This document shows positions 13,711-29,000 of a stretch of 64,000 nt of DNA, in pieces. Position numbers and translations under genes: made by a program. Source of the stretch: Chrysomallon squamiferum (lineage: Eukaryota; Animalia; Mollusca); NCBI GenBank assembly GCA_012295275.1, contig CM022675.1, positions 12,152,001 through 12,216,000 of the forward strand, given 5' to 3'. Within the stretch, counting starts at the first letter, position 1, and each line of letters starts with the position of its first letter. Under the pieces are notes generated by a model, which was not told where the DNA came from, searched no databases, and was given only the letters and a program-made list of their open reading frames with translations.

Positions 13711-16700
13711 CAAGACAGACTCTCAAGCTGACTTCAAGCATTCCAAAGATGAGTGTGATAAAAGAAAAAAAGAAAAGAAAAAGTCACAAAAACCAACAAC
13801 AAGATGTTACTAGGATTTGTAATTACAAGGATATTTTTAAATATTTACATGTGAACAAGACTGAATTATCTAAAAATGAAACAAATTAGAAAAAAATTTA
13901 AAACCAAAAAAACTTTGCTCATATTTGTGAATCATTATAAGGGTATTTTGGACCATTATTTGTGAAAAAAATCATGAAATATCTAAAAAGTACATATAAA
14001 ATGAAAGATTGATATTGTAATGATATTTTTAACCATTATTTACAAACAAAATTATGAAATATATAAAAGGCATGTAATAAAATATTTAAATAAATAGAAA
14101 GAATATTTTTTAATTTTATACCAAGCAAAACTAAAAACTCTAAAGTCTGAAAAATCTATATTATAGCTAACAATATTAATTATTAAGATATAAAAATATT
14201 TTAATCATTCATTAATGAATAGCACACAGACTATCCAAAAAATATATAAACAATATTTTAAATTATTTTAAACATTTTTTTAAGAAATATTAGTAAAAAA
14301 ATTCCCATGATTGATATTACAATGGTATTAACAGATATTTTTATCATTTTTTGAAATGATTATTAAATTAATTGAATATCTGAAAAGTGTATGAAAGTGC
14401 AGCAAATGTAAGGCAGAGTGATATTTCGAACTGTTGTTAGAAAATTAAAACCTATCAGTTTTGAAAAAAAGCACCTAATAAAAACCCATTTAATTCTTCC
14501 TTTTTTTAACACATTTAAGAGTTTTTAGTAATTTTTACCACATTTTAACTTATATATACATATAATTTCTTGTTAAGAAATAGTTTATATACTGCACATA
14601 TCAGTATTTCTAAATACGGATTATTTTCTTTTTGTTCTCTAAATAAATTTATCTTTGAATAATAATGTATGATAAAATATTATTTTTATTATTAATGTTG
14701 TAATAATTGTCATTGTTACTGTTATTATTATTATTAATTTACCACAGTGATGCTGTTGAATTAATTTTATAAATGTTGTTTCTAGTGCTTCTATCAACAT
14801 AATATATTAAATTTAGAAAAAAATGTATTTTATTTAAAACAAAATGTAATAATAACCTTATTGTAACTTACAACAATTGTTTAATTTCTCTCATGAAAAA
14901 TCTTTTAACTGTTTAAAATGTTGATACAAAAATTCTACTTTTGCCAGCTGACAATAACATTAAAAACTTGTTTGGCTACATATATTAGTGATTACATATG
15001 CTCTTTGGTAAAACTTGGTTTGTTTAAAATAATTGTAATTGAAGTTTCCTTTGTAATACCACAATTTTAAAATCAAATTGAAATGTGCCTTCATATTGTT
15101 TTCTTTTTTCTCTGTGCACTGTAGTAATGTTTGTTTATAAGAGGCAATCTCATTATGATACAAGTCATACCAGCCTTTCACTTGACATCTGAACTGTATT
15201 ATGAGAAATCCTAAATTTAACATCTTTAATTTCATGAAAATGTCATATTGGAGATGGATTCAGATAATTTTGAATATGCCTCAGGTTAATAACTTCTGGG
15301 TATTTGTCTGTTATTGGAATCTTCTTCTGGTTTCATTGGAGTTACCTGCTCCACAGATGACTAAAGGGACATAAATATATAAGATTTTACAAAGACTTGA
15401 CCAGTCTCTGTAATATATATTGTAGTAAGCTGTGTTCATTTGAGATTCTTAATGACAGTTGAATATTATTCATCTGTAACAATGAATATGCAGAAAATAA
15501 GAGTATCACTGACAGTTCTCAATGATATAGATGTTCCAAAATATGCCAAATTAATTAATGAGATTGCTTCTTCCAAACATTATTTCAGTGTTTCAAGGAG
15601 GTAAAAATAATCTGATTGTTGTGTTTTGTAAATAGACTTTATAAACTTTGTTTTTATCTGATTATTGTTGTTTTTTTTAAGAGATTTATATAACCCATGT
15701 TAATATCTCAGGAATGCTATTAGATAAGTATTATGTGTATTTTAAACTGTTGTATTGTTTTTAACTGGCTGTTTCAGACATGTTGGAGAGATTTGTGCAT
15801 AAACATTTTGTTACAAAGTCACTATACATACATACATAGATACATATGCATACAAAATATATACATAATTATATATCTACATTAATTTACATACATACAC
15901 ACAAAAAAAACCACCAACACGGGCGTTTTTTTGTTTTTTTGGATTAAAGCTAGAAACAACCATATATTTCTATTTAGAAATTTATATACAATCATTTTTT
16001 TATATATACTATGTATCTAAAACTGTAAGGTTTTTTATATACAGTATATACTTATCCTTTAAATTTTTATGATTAAATTTACAAAAATGAAGTCTTCCTT
16101 AAATATTTTTAATAAAAGGAGTATAATTTTTCAATAATCCATATATACATTTTTTTACCTGAACCTTTAATCACATATATTTATATATTTTATCTATACA
16201 TAGCTATGTTCAGCATTATTTAATTATCACTTTGAATAGATGCATTGATAAATCATAGTTCTTTGAATTCTAATCTAATGATATGCAGTTTGGCAATATT
16301 ATTTTTCATATGAGTAAACAAAGGTATGCATTATTTAATTTTTACATATATATAAATAAATAGACCAAATTGAAGAATAAATAAAAAGTGAACAGTCTAA
16401 AACTAATATATTTAAGTTCTGTTTTGAGAGAATTATGGATTTTTGAAATGCAGATAATAAATATTTAATGTATTTTTGAATGGTTTGGTGTAAAATACTA
16501 AAACATATATTTTTGGGGTGTTCTGTTTTGGGGGGAGGTTTTAATTGAGGGCTTTGTGAGTTTTTTAAAGTATAAATGAAAAGTGCTGAATCATTCAGTT
16601 TTCAAACCAAAATCAGTTAATGTCTAAAATGTAAAATACCACCTTTAAAATTTTCTCTTTTTTTAAATATTTATTTTGTTAGCTTTAAATTTTTATTTTT

Positions 16701-18616
16701 TGAAATTTTATTTATTTTTAAAGTCATGTTTTGCCATTAAATCAACAACCAATTACTTTTCAATTAATTTCAAATGAAAGTTTCATTTAATGCAATAAAC
16801 AGTCAATCACATGATTTGTTACATATTTATATTATCATTATTGAATGCTGCGTACATTAAAATGAGTTATTGTGTATAAGCTGGACTTTTACATAAAAAT
16901 GTTAGTCATTATTTGTAAATTTTTGCATAATTTTATCTCACTGGATGTGAAATATTTGTGTCTGTTACACAAAAAAATACTATGATCAAATTATTCTTCC
17001 ATTTTCATTCCTTCAAGTATATCTGTATATTGGACTGTTGTATTTTATGAATTTATCAATTATTGTTTATTATACCGATTTATTTACTATTATGCAAAAA
17101 TAAATACATGTATATTAGCATTATAATATAGCATTAATCATGAGATACATATATTAGATTTATTTCAGAATGGCTTACAATTATAATATAAAAGATAAAT
17201 ATTTTCTTCATTTTAAATACTCTTTAATATGGCCAGTATATTATTCATCATTCGTATTTGAGGATGGGAAGAATTATATTCTTTCCAATAAAATTTATAA
17301 AAATGAAAAATAATAAAATATTAATATTCTTAATTCAAATAATTTTATTTTGATTTATTTTATTTTATTTTATTTTTTTAAATTTAAAAGAAATATGATA
17401 AGGCCATTGTAATTGGATGTATGATCCTTAAAATATATCCATTAATAAAAATAAAAAAATCTTGGTATTTCATCAAATATAGACTGATTTAATTTATTTT
17501 TAATCTTTGTTTTTTAAACTGAAAAATACTCCAGCAGTCATAACCTGATTTTCAAATTACTGCATATAAAACAAAAACAAAATAGTAAAATATTTTATCC
17601 TTAGTAAGTGAATATCGCTTTTGTATTCTACCAACTAATTTGTAATCTGCATTCTAAAAACTGAATAAAATAAAATAAAAATTGTGTCACATTAGGATAA
17701 TAATGTGATTTGTTTATTAAATATTTAAATGAAAGAATAAAACTAAAATCAGTGTTGAAATTAACCATTTTTGTTTTGGAAGATTTTAAAAGTTTTAGAT
17801 AACATTTCTTTATTTTCATTTTAGAGAGTTTGTACATATGGGTGTGAGAATTTTTACCAGCCTTTGACAAATATTTTTATTTCAAAAATTAATTATTGAA
17901 TCACTTGTGGTAAAAAGAATTCTTGATTTTACAGTGTACTGCTGTGCAATGTTTTATTAATTACTGTATCAAGCTGCTGCTTTGATTTTAATTTACAGGT
18001 GTTTGTTTTACATTTTTACACCTGTATTTTATATCTTTACAGGTATGATAATCTCAAATTAAAAACATTCCATATTATTCACTGCTGATTCAAATAAAAA
18101 AAGCTTTATAATTTAGATCAATGAAATTAAAATTGGAATGTTTTGGTTACTGTTATAATTATTTCAGTTGAAAGTTGTTAGATTAAGATACCATAGATAA
18201 AAAAACTTTTGTAAGTCTTTAAATGCAAAATGTTAACATTAGTTTACAATTTTTAATCATGGTTTTAGATATTTCATCGGAGTGTTTTTTATGACTGAAA
18301 TTATTTTATTTTAACTAAAAACTAAAATTGACAGTTTAATTGTTTTATGCAGAATGTTTGGAATGTTTCAGAAGAGTGTTGTGATTTAAGTTGATGTATA
18401 TGCATAAGAAATTTTATACATCAATCTGCACCTTTGATGACATTAATAAACCCAACCCAATACAAGTATATTTATTTTTGTTACTAGCAACCAATCTTTG
18501 CTAACAATAAATTCTGATAGTAAAAGAACAAGATTGTGAGAATAAGAGAAATGATATTTTTCTTTATATCTTATCTTTTGTTAATGGAAGATGAAAAACA
18601 TAAGGTAAAAATAAAC

Positions 18617-18648
<32 letters not shown>

Positions 18649-20397
18649 GTTTTAAAGATTGAAAAAAGATGTACAAAAGCTTGTACTTTTACTCTCATAC
18701 TTTATTATTAACAAAGGTTGGTGGTAAAACATAAAAACATCCAAATCACTTGAAAGCATAAAAATATGTTTGGTCTGTTTATTCATATCACCAAAGATAC
18801 ACTTTAAAATTAGTTTAAAGTTTTGTCTGTGTTAATCTGTGGAATGGAAAGTTGTTAGGAATGAAATCATAGTACTGGTAGGCATTATGGATAAATAAAT
18901 GCAACATGGTAGATCTTCTCTTTCAAATTTCTATTTTTAAATACTTCACACTATCATTCTTTCTGTACATTTGTAAACAGTATGTGCAATATTATTCCAT
19001 GGGAATAAATTTGGTGGGGGATTCACTTTGATACTCTTTATATGCAAATAAAGCATTATATTGGTACATAATGTTTGTTGTTGTTTGTTGTCGTTTTTGT
19101 TGGGTTTTTTTTAGAAGAAATACATTTATTGTATTACATAATTTACAGAAAGCATTTATAACATATTGCATTTCATCTGTTCCAGTTTAAAAATTATATA
19201 CACATTTAAGATTTTGTTTATCTAAGCCACAGAAGAATAGACCAGCCAATATATAATTTCAGTAATGTTTTGTAATCTTCCAAGTAATTACTTTTTGTTA
19301 AGTAGATTTTAGTAATAATTAAGTTTGCGACACTATAATAAGGAGATCAGTAAGGTTCTTCTTTTCATTTTTATTATTACTATTTTTATTTTTATTTTTT
19401 TAAATATTTTTTTATTTGCTTTTTATGCTTGTGGTCTTTACAGGTATAAATAAAATTATTTAAAGAAAAAGAGAATGTATAAAATAACTATCACTCAGTT
19501 GGTAACTTTTTTCATTACATTTCTAAATCCGAAAATAAATGACTAAATAAAGACGGGTATCAGCTTCCATGTATCATCATTAATGTTAGATTGGCATTCA
19601 GAAAACAAAATTATTTGGAAGCATAAGAATTAGAACTTCTCTTCATGCCATTACACATAAATTATCCTTTTTGAATTAATATGAATTAATTGTATAACCA
19701 AGGTTGATTTAGAAATAACTGAGCCAAATTGTGTCTAATATGTATCTCCTTCAAAACTAAAATCACCATCTCTCAAAAGTAAATGAATAAATAACAACAA
19801 CAATAAATTAAATAATAATAATAATAATAATTAATAAATAAATAAATAGCAATAATTATAAAATACATTTTGTAAACTTTTAGCTTATCTGTGAATATAT
19901 GGGCAATAAAACAATTCAGAGAAAAAACAAAAACAACAAAACAACATACAAAAAAGAAAAACAAAAGAAAAGAAAACGAAAACAAGCAAAAATGTTTATT
20001 ATTTTAAATAATTTCATTTTTTTTTTTTTAAATGAATTTTGACAATTTATCATTATTTGGCAATGTAATAGAATGCACTAGAATGGTTTCTATAACGCAA
20101 TACATGTCACAAGATTAAGAAAGGTCTATTATCAGTATGACGCAAAAATCTATTATAAAATTTTGTATGACATCAAATTTCAATGCATTTTAAATGCTCA
20201 TATATAATAATATATAATAAATACAATCGAGACGAGTCTTGTTTACGATGTCTCGATTTTCCCAGATCTTATATTCAAGGTTGTGTATCTCATACTGGTT
20301 ACACGGTTATTTGTAAAACTACATAGATATTTTCATATGGTTTTGCAGCGTAGCAGAGAGAGTTGTCGGTAACGAATTGGTGAGACAAGGTCAGAAA

Positions 20398-22201
20398 ATG
20401 GCATTTACAAACGAAGATTACCTTCCAAGTTATGAAGAACTGACAGTGCCAGAAATTCAATTAACATCATCTGTACTTCGTGCAGGTGCTCACCATTTTG
20501 GAAGATATTGCGACAATGTCTGTAAGGTAACTGTTTCTTTTTAAAATATGAGACAACCAGTTAGTTATCTTAAACGGTAATTATTCTTGACGGCTTGTCA
20601 CTTTAACCTAAGTCGAATCATGTAAATATATATATCAACATCTATGTCTGTCTATCTCTCATTCAGAATAACTCTCTGTCTATCTATCTGTATGTAATAG
20701 TAACACTTTTAGTTAAATTTTCATCTAAACGTTCTATTAATATTATTATTAGGTTCTTAAGAATCACGTTTATAGAGTTCGTAATATTATGACATGGTTA
20801 GTAGGTTACATAAATATTTACAGTCATTATTACAGTTTCTACTACAGTATAGTCATTGGAAATATTTTATTTGGTCTCCACAAGTAGCTTAAACAAACAC
20901 CATCTAACTTTAAACCTAGATCCCTACAACAGGAACCATAAAACTAACATTATTAATTATATAACATTTAGAAGAGAGCATATTTAAAAGTGTATTAGAG
21001 AATGTAGTCTAGAGGGCATTTTATAAAAAGATACATTTAATTGTATTCTGCACATTTTAATATTAATAGTGATTTAGTTTCTTTTATTATAATAAAATTA
21101 CATTATTAAAGAGAAAACCTGGTTCTGCCTATCTGTGGGTGACTTTTAAGTTTTACAAATTAAAAGCAATACTATTTCTAATAAACCAAGTATAGCATGG
21201 TGCTTGGAACTTAAATATATAAAGGGACATGGTCATCAGAAATATCATTATTACATAGAATCTCTATACTGTGATTCATTATGCACTCTGTTTAATAACT
21301 TTAAGAATTAACAAAAACTCATTGATTAAGTACCATAAAATAATATGTAGAAGCAAGAATAAAATGTTACAGAATTCAAAAGATAAATTTATAACATTTC
21401 AGGAATTTATGTTGTGTCGACAAGAGGAAGGTGACCCAAGGAAATGTCTGAATGAAGGAAAAGAAGTAACTCGATGTGCTTTTGATTTCTTTGGTAAAGT
21501 GAAGAAGAACTGCTATGAGGAATTCACAAACTACTGGAAATGTGTGGACAGATCTGGCCGAGAAATGAACTTAAAACCGTAAGCATGTCTGTGATTTATT
21601 AAAAAATAAACTCAGGTATATACTCCAGCACTAATTGAAGTTAGAAAGACCAGGAATGTTAAAAACTGGTCTTTTTATTATTTTTGGAATCACTAGAAAT
21701 TCAAACTCACTCCTGATACTTTCAATTCCTTTAAATGTTAATATTATATTTAAAATTATTATTATGTATGGTAGTGCTTACAAACACATTTTTGCTACAG
21801 CCATTGTTATGACTGACCAAAGTAAAATAAAGTGATATACTGTTGGATTAGGATGGTTTAAGTTTAATAGGAAATTCTGCTCAGCAGGTCAACCATCAGA
21901 AATCTTTATTCTAAATTTCAAAAGCTGAAACTGATTTGTGATATTACAATCTTTTTGTTTCTTTTCTGTTTTAAATCACAGATGTCGAAAGCCGCAGCTA
22001 CTCTTTGATGAATGCATTAAACAAAACCTTGGACAGGAGAGACCAGAACTGGGCTATTTCAGCAAAATTCGAACCCACGACACAAAAAGACCGAAACCTA
22101 AACTCCCAGAACACAAACTTCCTCCTATTCCTGCTGAGGTTCCACCCCTGCCAGACGAGATAGACCCACAGGCTAAATATATACCTCCTAAAGGAATTTA
22201 G
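20398..22201 (+). CDS. NDUFA8: NADH dehydrogenase (ubiquinone) 1 alpha subcomplex subunit 8, 174 aa
   Basis: Exons 20398-20526 (MAFTNEDYLPSYEELTVPEIQLTSSVLRAGAHHFGRYCDNVCK), 21403-21578 (EFMLCRQEEGDPRKCLNEGKEVTRC..C..FTNYWKCVD) and 21982-22201 (CRKPQLLFDECIKQNLGQERPELGYFSK..RPKP). Total 525 nt, phases consistent, CX9C-type cysteine pattern. Confidence 0.96.
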
Positions 22202-22471
22202 TGTGCAAGTTGAAAGATAATGAAACAAAAAATATTTGTTAGTTTTTGAAAATAACTACAGAGAGTAAAAACAGATTTGTAATTCCACTGTACATTGAAA
22301 TGATGTACTTACTGGTTTGGAATTGTAATTACATTTTTTGAATGAACTTAAAGAAAATATAAAAGTGGTTTAAAAGCCTTATGTATGAACAAGACCAGTA
22401 GAGAAATACTGTAATAACTACTGTAATACTGATTTGTAATTGATAGAAAACTAAAGTGGTTTGGAATTGGA

Positions 22472-22526
22472 ATTAAAATGTTTTACCAATTTATCTTTGC
22501 TTTTTTTTTTTTTTTTTTTTTTTTTT
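22472..22526 (+). terminator. Probable NDUFA8 polyadenylation region
   Basis: ATTAAA at 22472-22477 followed by a long T-run at 22501-22526, ~270 nt after the stop codon. Confidence 0.4.
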
Positions 22527-25073
22527 GTTACTTTTTAACAATGAAAATATTAGTCATTTGCACATTCAAGTTATTTCACCTCAACAAGAAATGAACCATG
22601 AGGTAGTACCAAATATGTATTCAGCAGCTGATCTTTAATTTTTCAAATGATGGAAGAGTGCACTGTTTTCACAATTTAAATGTCTTATATACCAGTCAGT
22701 GTTTTTCAGCCTATTGAACTGCCTGAGTACTCATTATACATGTTGACTTCTAGAAAAATTGATCTAAAACTTAACTCTCATCCACTGTATGTATGTACAT
22801 GTGTCTATATGTATGTATGTTCTCATATAATTTGTCTTGATGCATTTATAAATCCTGTGAAAAAAATACTCCTCCAAAGAAATAATAATTTTAATAATCA
22901 TAATAATCAATTTAATAAATCAAAAACAAATTTTGCATTTCATATTTTTATTTCATTTTTAATCAACTTGGAAACTAATGTAAACAAGGCATAATGAAAA
23001 ACAACATATACATTGATACAGAAGTTGAAAAAATATATTTACATACATCACAGATTATGAAACAGCACTTCATTTTCTTCAAGTCAAATGGACGGATTTA
23101 AAATAATTTTAAAGAAGTTGAGCCATAATTTTATAAGAAGTCACATACAAACTTTGATGAAAATATAATTTACATTATCATGTAAACTAAAGGTCTCGGT
23201 TATTATATCACTTAATAAGTAAATAATGTTTAAGTATTATTTTTCATCATCTTTGCCATACAGTTTTTCAACTATGGTAGAAGTAGACGTTACCCAAGAA
23301 TTGTATGGGACTGATGGAAACTAAAATTTTCATACTGGTTTATTTCTATCATAGTTTATAATTTTCCTGTCATCAAGGGTACTTATAAAGGTTAAATATA
23401 AGAACTGAATGCATAGTTATGTTTAAGCCAAAATCTGTTGGTGATTATTTTTGTAGCTTAACTTAATAAAGTGGAAAGGGAACAAGGATTCATAAACAAT
23501 ATCAATATCTGTTATGTTAGAAAGTTAATTTGATGTCTGCATGTTAGATTATATTAAATCTAAAAAGCTTTATACAAGAATTTTACAACAGAAGACATAT
23601 GCTTGTATTAATGTTAAATTACTCCCAAAAAAGGCTGAATGTTAATTATATTGTACACTTAATATTTTTCACTTAAAAATGCTACTAAATAAACAAGACC
23701 AAAACATATTAGCAAAAGAAATAAAATAAAATAAAGTAAAATAGAATAAATTAATAATAATAGTATCTTTTATTCAGTTTAAACCTATTCCTTTTTGTTT
23801 ATATCCTCCCAACACAAACAAAAAATAATAATAAATAAATAAAATTTGATCAAACTTTCATTAAGAAAATAATTAAAAGAAAAAACATAAAAATGAAAAA
23901 CATGAAATCTTTAAAACATGCCTGCAAAGCTATATAATAATGCTGAAAAAGATTCGTGCATTGAACCACACTGCTAATGGTGAATAAACTTAAAGTCAAA
24001 AACCAAACATTATATTACTTTGCACCAAAGTATATTTGTTTTCTTTTTTCTAATATGTGATTATTTCCATCAGTGAAAACAAAACACATTTAACAGGCTC
24101 CTATTAGTAGAGGAGTGAGAATTTTTGTGTAATTTTAGTTGTTTTTGTTTTTAATTTTTATAGAAATGTTTAAAAACTCTGCAACCTTATTATTACTGTA
24201 GTTAAATTAAAATTTTAATAATAATAGTAATAATACAAAAAAAATTATAATAAAAATAAATAACTTCACTAAACACTTCTTTTAATGAATGGAATATGTT
24301 AAAAGAAAACTTAAGATTATGGGTTAAATTAATTTTGTTTTTCACACATCAACAAAAACTTCGTAAGTAATAACAGCTTTTAAATAAGCTGTATTTTTAT
24401 ATAAACTATACAGTTATTGCATTTCAAAGTACAGATAACTGATCATAGATCTCTCTTTTCTTACTGTATGAAGCTATTGTTTAGCTAAAATAAATTAGCA
24501 AATGTTTTTCTTTAACTTGCATGACTGAAATGTGAAAATTAATGTATACTTAAATTAAAAAATTAAGACTGTAATAAGTGTATTGGTTTTAAATTTCTGG
24601 TACACTTCTTAAATTATTTGTATACATTTTATTTTGACAGATTAAGTTAACTATATGTTAAATAATTTCATTTCAATGTATTTTAATCTAGACCAGATTA
24701 TGTTTGAAATGTTCAATGTTTTTACATACCTTTTTGTTTCTTCCCTCTTTTTGTTGTTTTTATTCCAACAAATGAACAACAAGAACAGTAATAATATTAA
24801 TAAATGTCATAACGAAAGACGTCACAGAAAATATACTTTTTGATAAGTAATAATAAAATAAACATCTATCTTTGTATAAATCCTGATGTATCAATGGAAT
24901 GTGTTTGAATCAAGAAAATGGTTTTTACATATTTCTTTTTACAACATTAAATAAAATTGACAGAAATAAAGGCAATAAACATTTTAGAAATAAATATACT
25001 GAGGTTTAAAAAACAACTACATAAAAACACTTCAATAAATCCTGTATTTATAATTAAATATTACAAGTCAGTC

Positions 25074-25104
<31 letters not shown>

Positions 25105-26088
25105 AATATAGAATACTCTTGTATATTACAGGCTTGTAAATATAATACATATTTTGTCTTTCTTTTGTAAAGTTTTGAAACCCAGTTATTTAAAAAAACA
25201 AAAAAAAAAACAATTACACTAATAAAAAAGGTTTTATAAATTAATAAATAATAGAGAAATTACCTATTAATTTTAATAATAAAATAATAATAAAAAAAAC
25301 AATAATTTGTGATTACAAAAATTAAAAAGCAGGCAGTGATTTCAAAATGTTTAGATACTTTAACTATGTTAAAATAATACATAAAAATTATACTAAACTA
25401 ATTAAAAATGTATTCTGAAACTAGATTTAAAAGCTAGCAAACAGATGAAAGGAACAGAAAAACACATCATGAACACTAAATATCACAGAATTTTTAGTTT
25501 TACAAATTTTATTCATCAGCATCTTAACAGTGTGTTAAGTGAACATGATGGTCATCATTTTTACTGTAATGTAAACCTAGGACCCAAACCAGAATTTCAA
25601 GAATAGTGTTATTTTTAAATTTCACAAATGTTTCCAGAATGGTTTTTTTTTTTGTGACCAGCCCAGTACAAATTCAGAAATTTGAAAGTTTTTTTTGTGT
25701 GACATTGGAATTATTTTTCTATATCAAAAATCTCATTAACACTTCAGTTATGAATGGATTTAAAGAGTTTCACAGAAAATAATAATAGTAATAAATATAA
25801 TAATAATAATAATATTAATAAAGGGAAAAAAAAAAAAATTTTAAGAAAAGGAAGAAAAATAAGGAAGTAAAAAATTAAAAGAAGGAAATAAACAAAAAAA
25901 TAAATTATTTTTTAATTCTGTTAAAACACTGACATAAATTCTTCATTGAAATTAATTGTACTCAGTTTCATTCTGATAACAATTTAGAAAAAAAAGAAAA
26001 AAAAAAAAGAATCTTCTGTTAAGTGACATTGGTGGTAAATAATATATAAATAAATAAACAAACAAATACTGTTTTCTGACTCCAGTTA

Positions 26089-29000
26089 TCAGGATTTTGA
26101 CATACTCATGAGCATCTTTTCAATTTTTGAGTCATTTTTGATGATTTTCGCCTTTGTGGCTGCTATCAGATCAAGCTTGTCGGAGATTGCTTGTTCCAGT
26201 TCAGTCAACTGAGCTTTCAGTGGCTCAATGGATCGATCAGTAATCCTGTAAAAATACAATTATTAAATTTAATTTGTTATAAAGTATTTATTAAAATACA
26301 AAGTATATATTTTATTTTGTAAATAATGAAGTATTTATTGTATTTATTCATTTTTGAAAATATGTTATATTTACTCAATTATAAAGTATTTATTTAGTTT
26401 ATTAAAATACCAGGATTAATATTACATTTTCTTTTTGTAATAAAAATTTAATTTAGTAGTGTCCATTAATCTGTTATTATTTTACTGATATTAAGAAATT
26501 TAATGGAGATAAAATGATATTTTGATGTATAAAAAAAATTAGTATTGCTATAGAATGTAATCAATACACTTATTTTATTTTTTATTTGTTTAGTATTAAA
26601 TTGCTAATTAAATATTTGTGTAATAGTTTATTCTCACATAAAAATGTAATATATTTGTCTAAGTCACAAATAAGCCATTTTGCAAATAAACACTTCATAC
26701 ACTAAAATAAAATTATAAACTCAGTCTTTACCCGCTCTCTCTTTTCAACTCCAGTGCATGTTCTTTGTTTTCTGCCTTCCATTTTTCCAGTTCCTTCTGC
26801 ATGGAATCGAGATCTTCCTGTACAAAATCCATGATTTTTCCAAGTGGATTGGCGCTGCGAGTCAAACTCTGAATACTCGAACAAATCTTCTCCACTTCTT
26901 TCTTCACCATCTCACGTTGTTTTCTTCTAGCTGCATCTGACATTGAAGGCCGTTCCTAAAAGAAAGATTCTAAATAATCATATAACTGTAGCTGTTGCAG
27001 TACAGAATGTAGCATTATTACTGTTTACATAATACTATGTCACTAAAATGTGCAATATATATGATTAGAATGGTTAAAAATAACAGTATTGGATTCTGGT
27101 ATTACTCTTATGGCAATTAAATTGTTTTATTAATACATATATATAAACATAATTATCTTAAAAGTAAATAGTAACATATTTATAAATTCCTTATAAGAAG
27201 CAAGAAAAAAAAAAAACCTAAAAAATCCCCAAACCTCACAGCATCAAAATTATTAAAAGTATAGTTATATATAATAATTTCATTTTTTTTTTTTTTCAAG
27301 AGATAGTGAAACCAATAACATTCTGCTAGCAAACGTATTTTCTTAATGTTATAAATGAATTAAAATATCAAACTGAAATAAAAATTAAAAATTTAATTAA
27401 AAAAAAGAGAAGAAACAGAAAATTTACAATTTCTGTTTTTTTCACTGGTCCCTGAGGTTGTTCTTCAAACTCTTTTTTAGTCTCCAGCATCTTCTTCACC
27501 AGTGCACCTGTGACAATGTAAACAATCATTAATGATGCTCCAGTACTGGAATGGGAAATAGCTAAACCAATGCATCTAAGGAGATTGATCATGGAACTGA
27601 TCCCAGAGCTTTATCTCTGATTTACAGCCTATTTTAATTTGACAATGAAAAAGTAGTTTTCTGTTTAGGTTCATTCTTTCATTGTGCAGAGTTTTAAAGA
27701 AGTAGCAAACTCAACCACATCACAAAACAAATTTACATGTTATGCAAGCAATTAGTCCAAAAGAAACAAAGAAAAAAATCATCTATTTTCCTTTTTTTAA
27801 ATATTAACAGCTGTGTTTTGCATTTTTGTGTACTGACACTATCAACAAAAGAAATTTCAAGCTGATTTATTAATCAAGCAAAAGAACATTAATATCTTAT
27901 GCTTCTTTTACTCAGATTCTAGGTATTCCAAATATGTCATCCGTTATTGTCATAATTACATGGCTGTTATACAAACGCAATTAACAATTTAGAAAGCAAA
28001 GAAATTAAAAACATAAAATTTAATAAAATATGGTCATATATGTATCTCACCATGCTCTGTGTCATCTTCAATTTCTGGTTTTGGTAGATGCTGAAATTTG
28101 AAGAATCAAAGTATTAAAAAATGTGAATTTTTTTTAATAATAATGATGATGATACATAAAATGGCTATATTATAATCAAATATCCACTGGAGATTTTAGA
28201 TTTTTCAATAACATATAACATGAGATGGACAAACTGAAATACTCATAAATGATAAAAAAAAAGGCAGGAAGAAACTTTTTTATTTTTTTTTCACTTTTTA
28301 ATAAATTTTCAACACTGTAACCATTCATTATAGTTCTATAACTGATTTTCTTCACCTCACACTGCTTGTTGACAATTTAATAATATTCACACTAGAAGAA
28401 AGGTTACAGTTACCTGGTCATGCTCTACTGGAGGTGGGGCTGATTCTTCTACAATGAAGTTATCATCATCATCGTCATCAGACTGCTTCCCAGTGTCTAC
28501 AATGACGTTGGCTGGTTTTCCTGTTCCTAGTCTATTTAAAAAAATAAATAATCTTAAAATTACTAATGGTATTATATTCATTTATATTTCAATTAGAATT
28601 ACAAATAATCACATAAAGACATATTTTAATATTAATATGCTTTCTTCTATATTGATGATACATGACAGGAAATTCACTGCAGTTTCTCCAGGCTCCAGTC
28701 TTACAAAATAGCAAGAAAGTGTTTTTTAACATGTACCTTCCAACAGTCAGGGTAGGACATATTACAGACTGTTGTGTGTATATACATACACAGAAATTCT
28801 GGGCAGTAAGTGATACTTAAATGGGTATGGGTTATATTTGTACCTCATGGCAGGCTCACTTTCCATTCCATCTTGTTTTGGTCTTGGGGGTGCTGGCCGA
28901 GCACTAGGTGGTCTCTGTAACTTTCTCCTGTATAAAAAATGTGTTAATCTTTAATCATAGTTTTGTGAGAACAGACATATCTATAAAATTTAAAAAAAAA

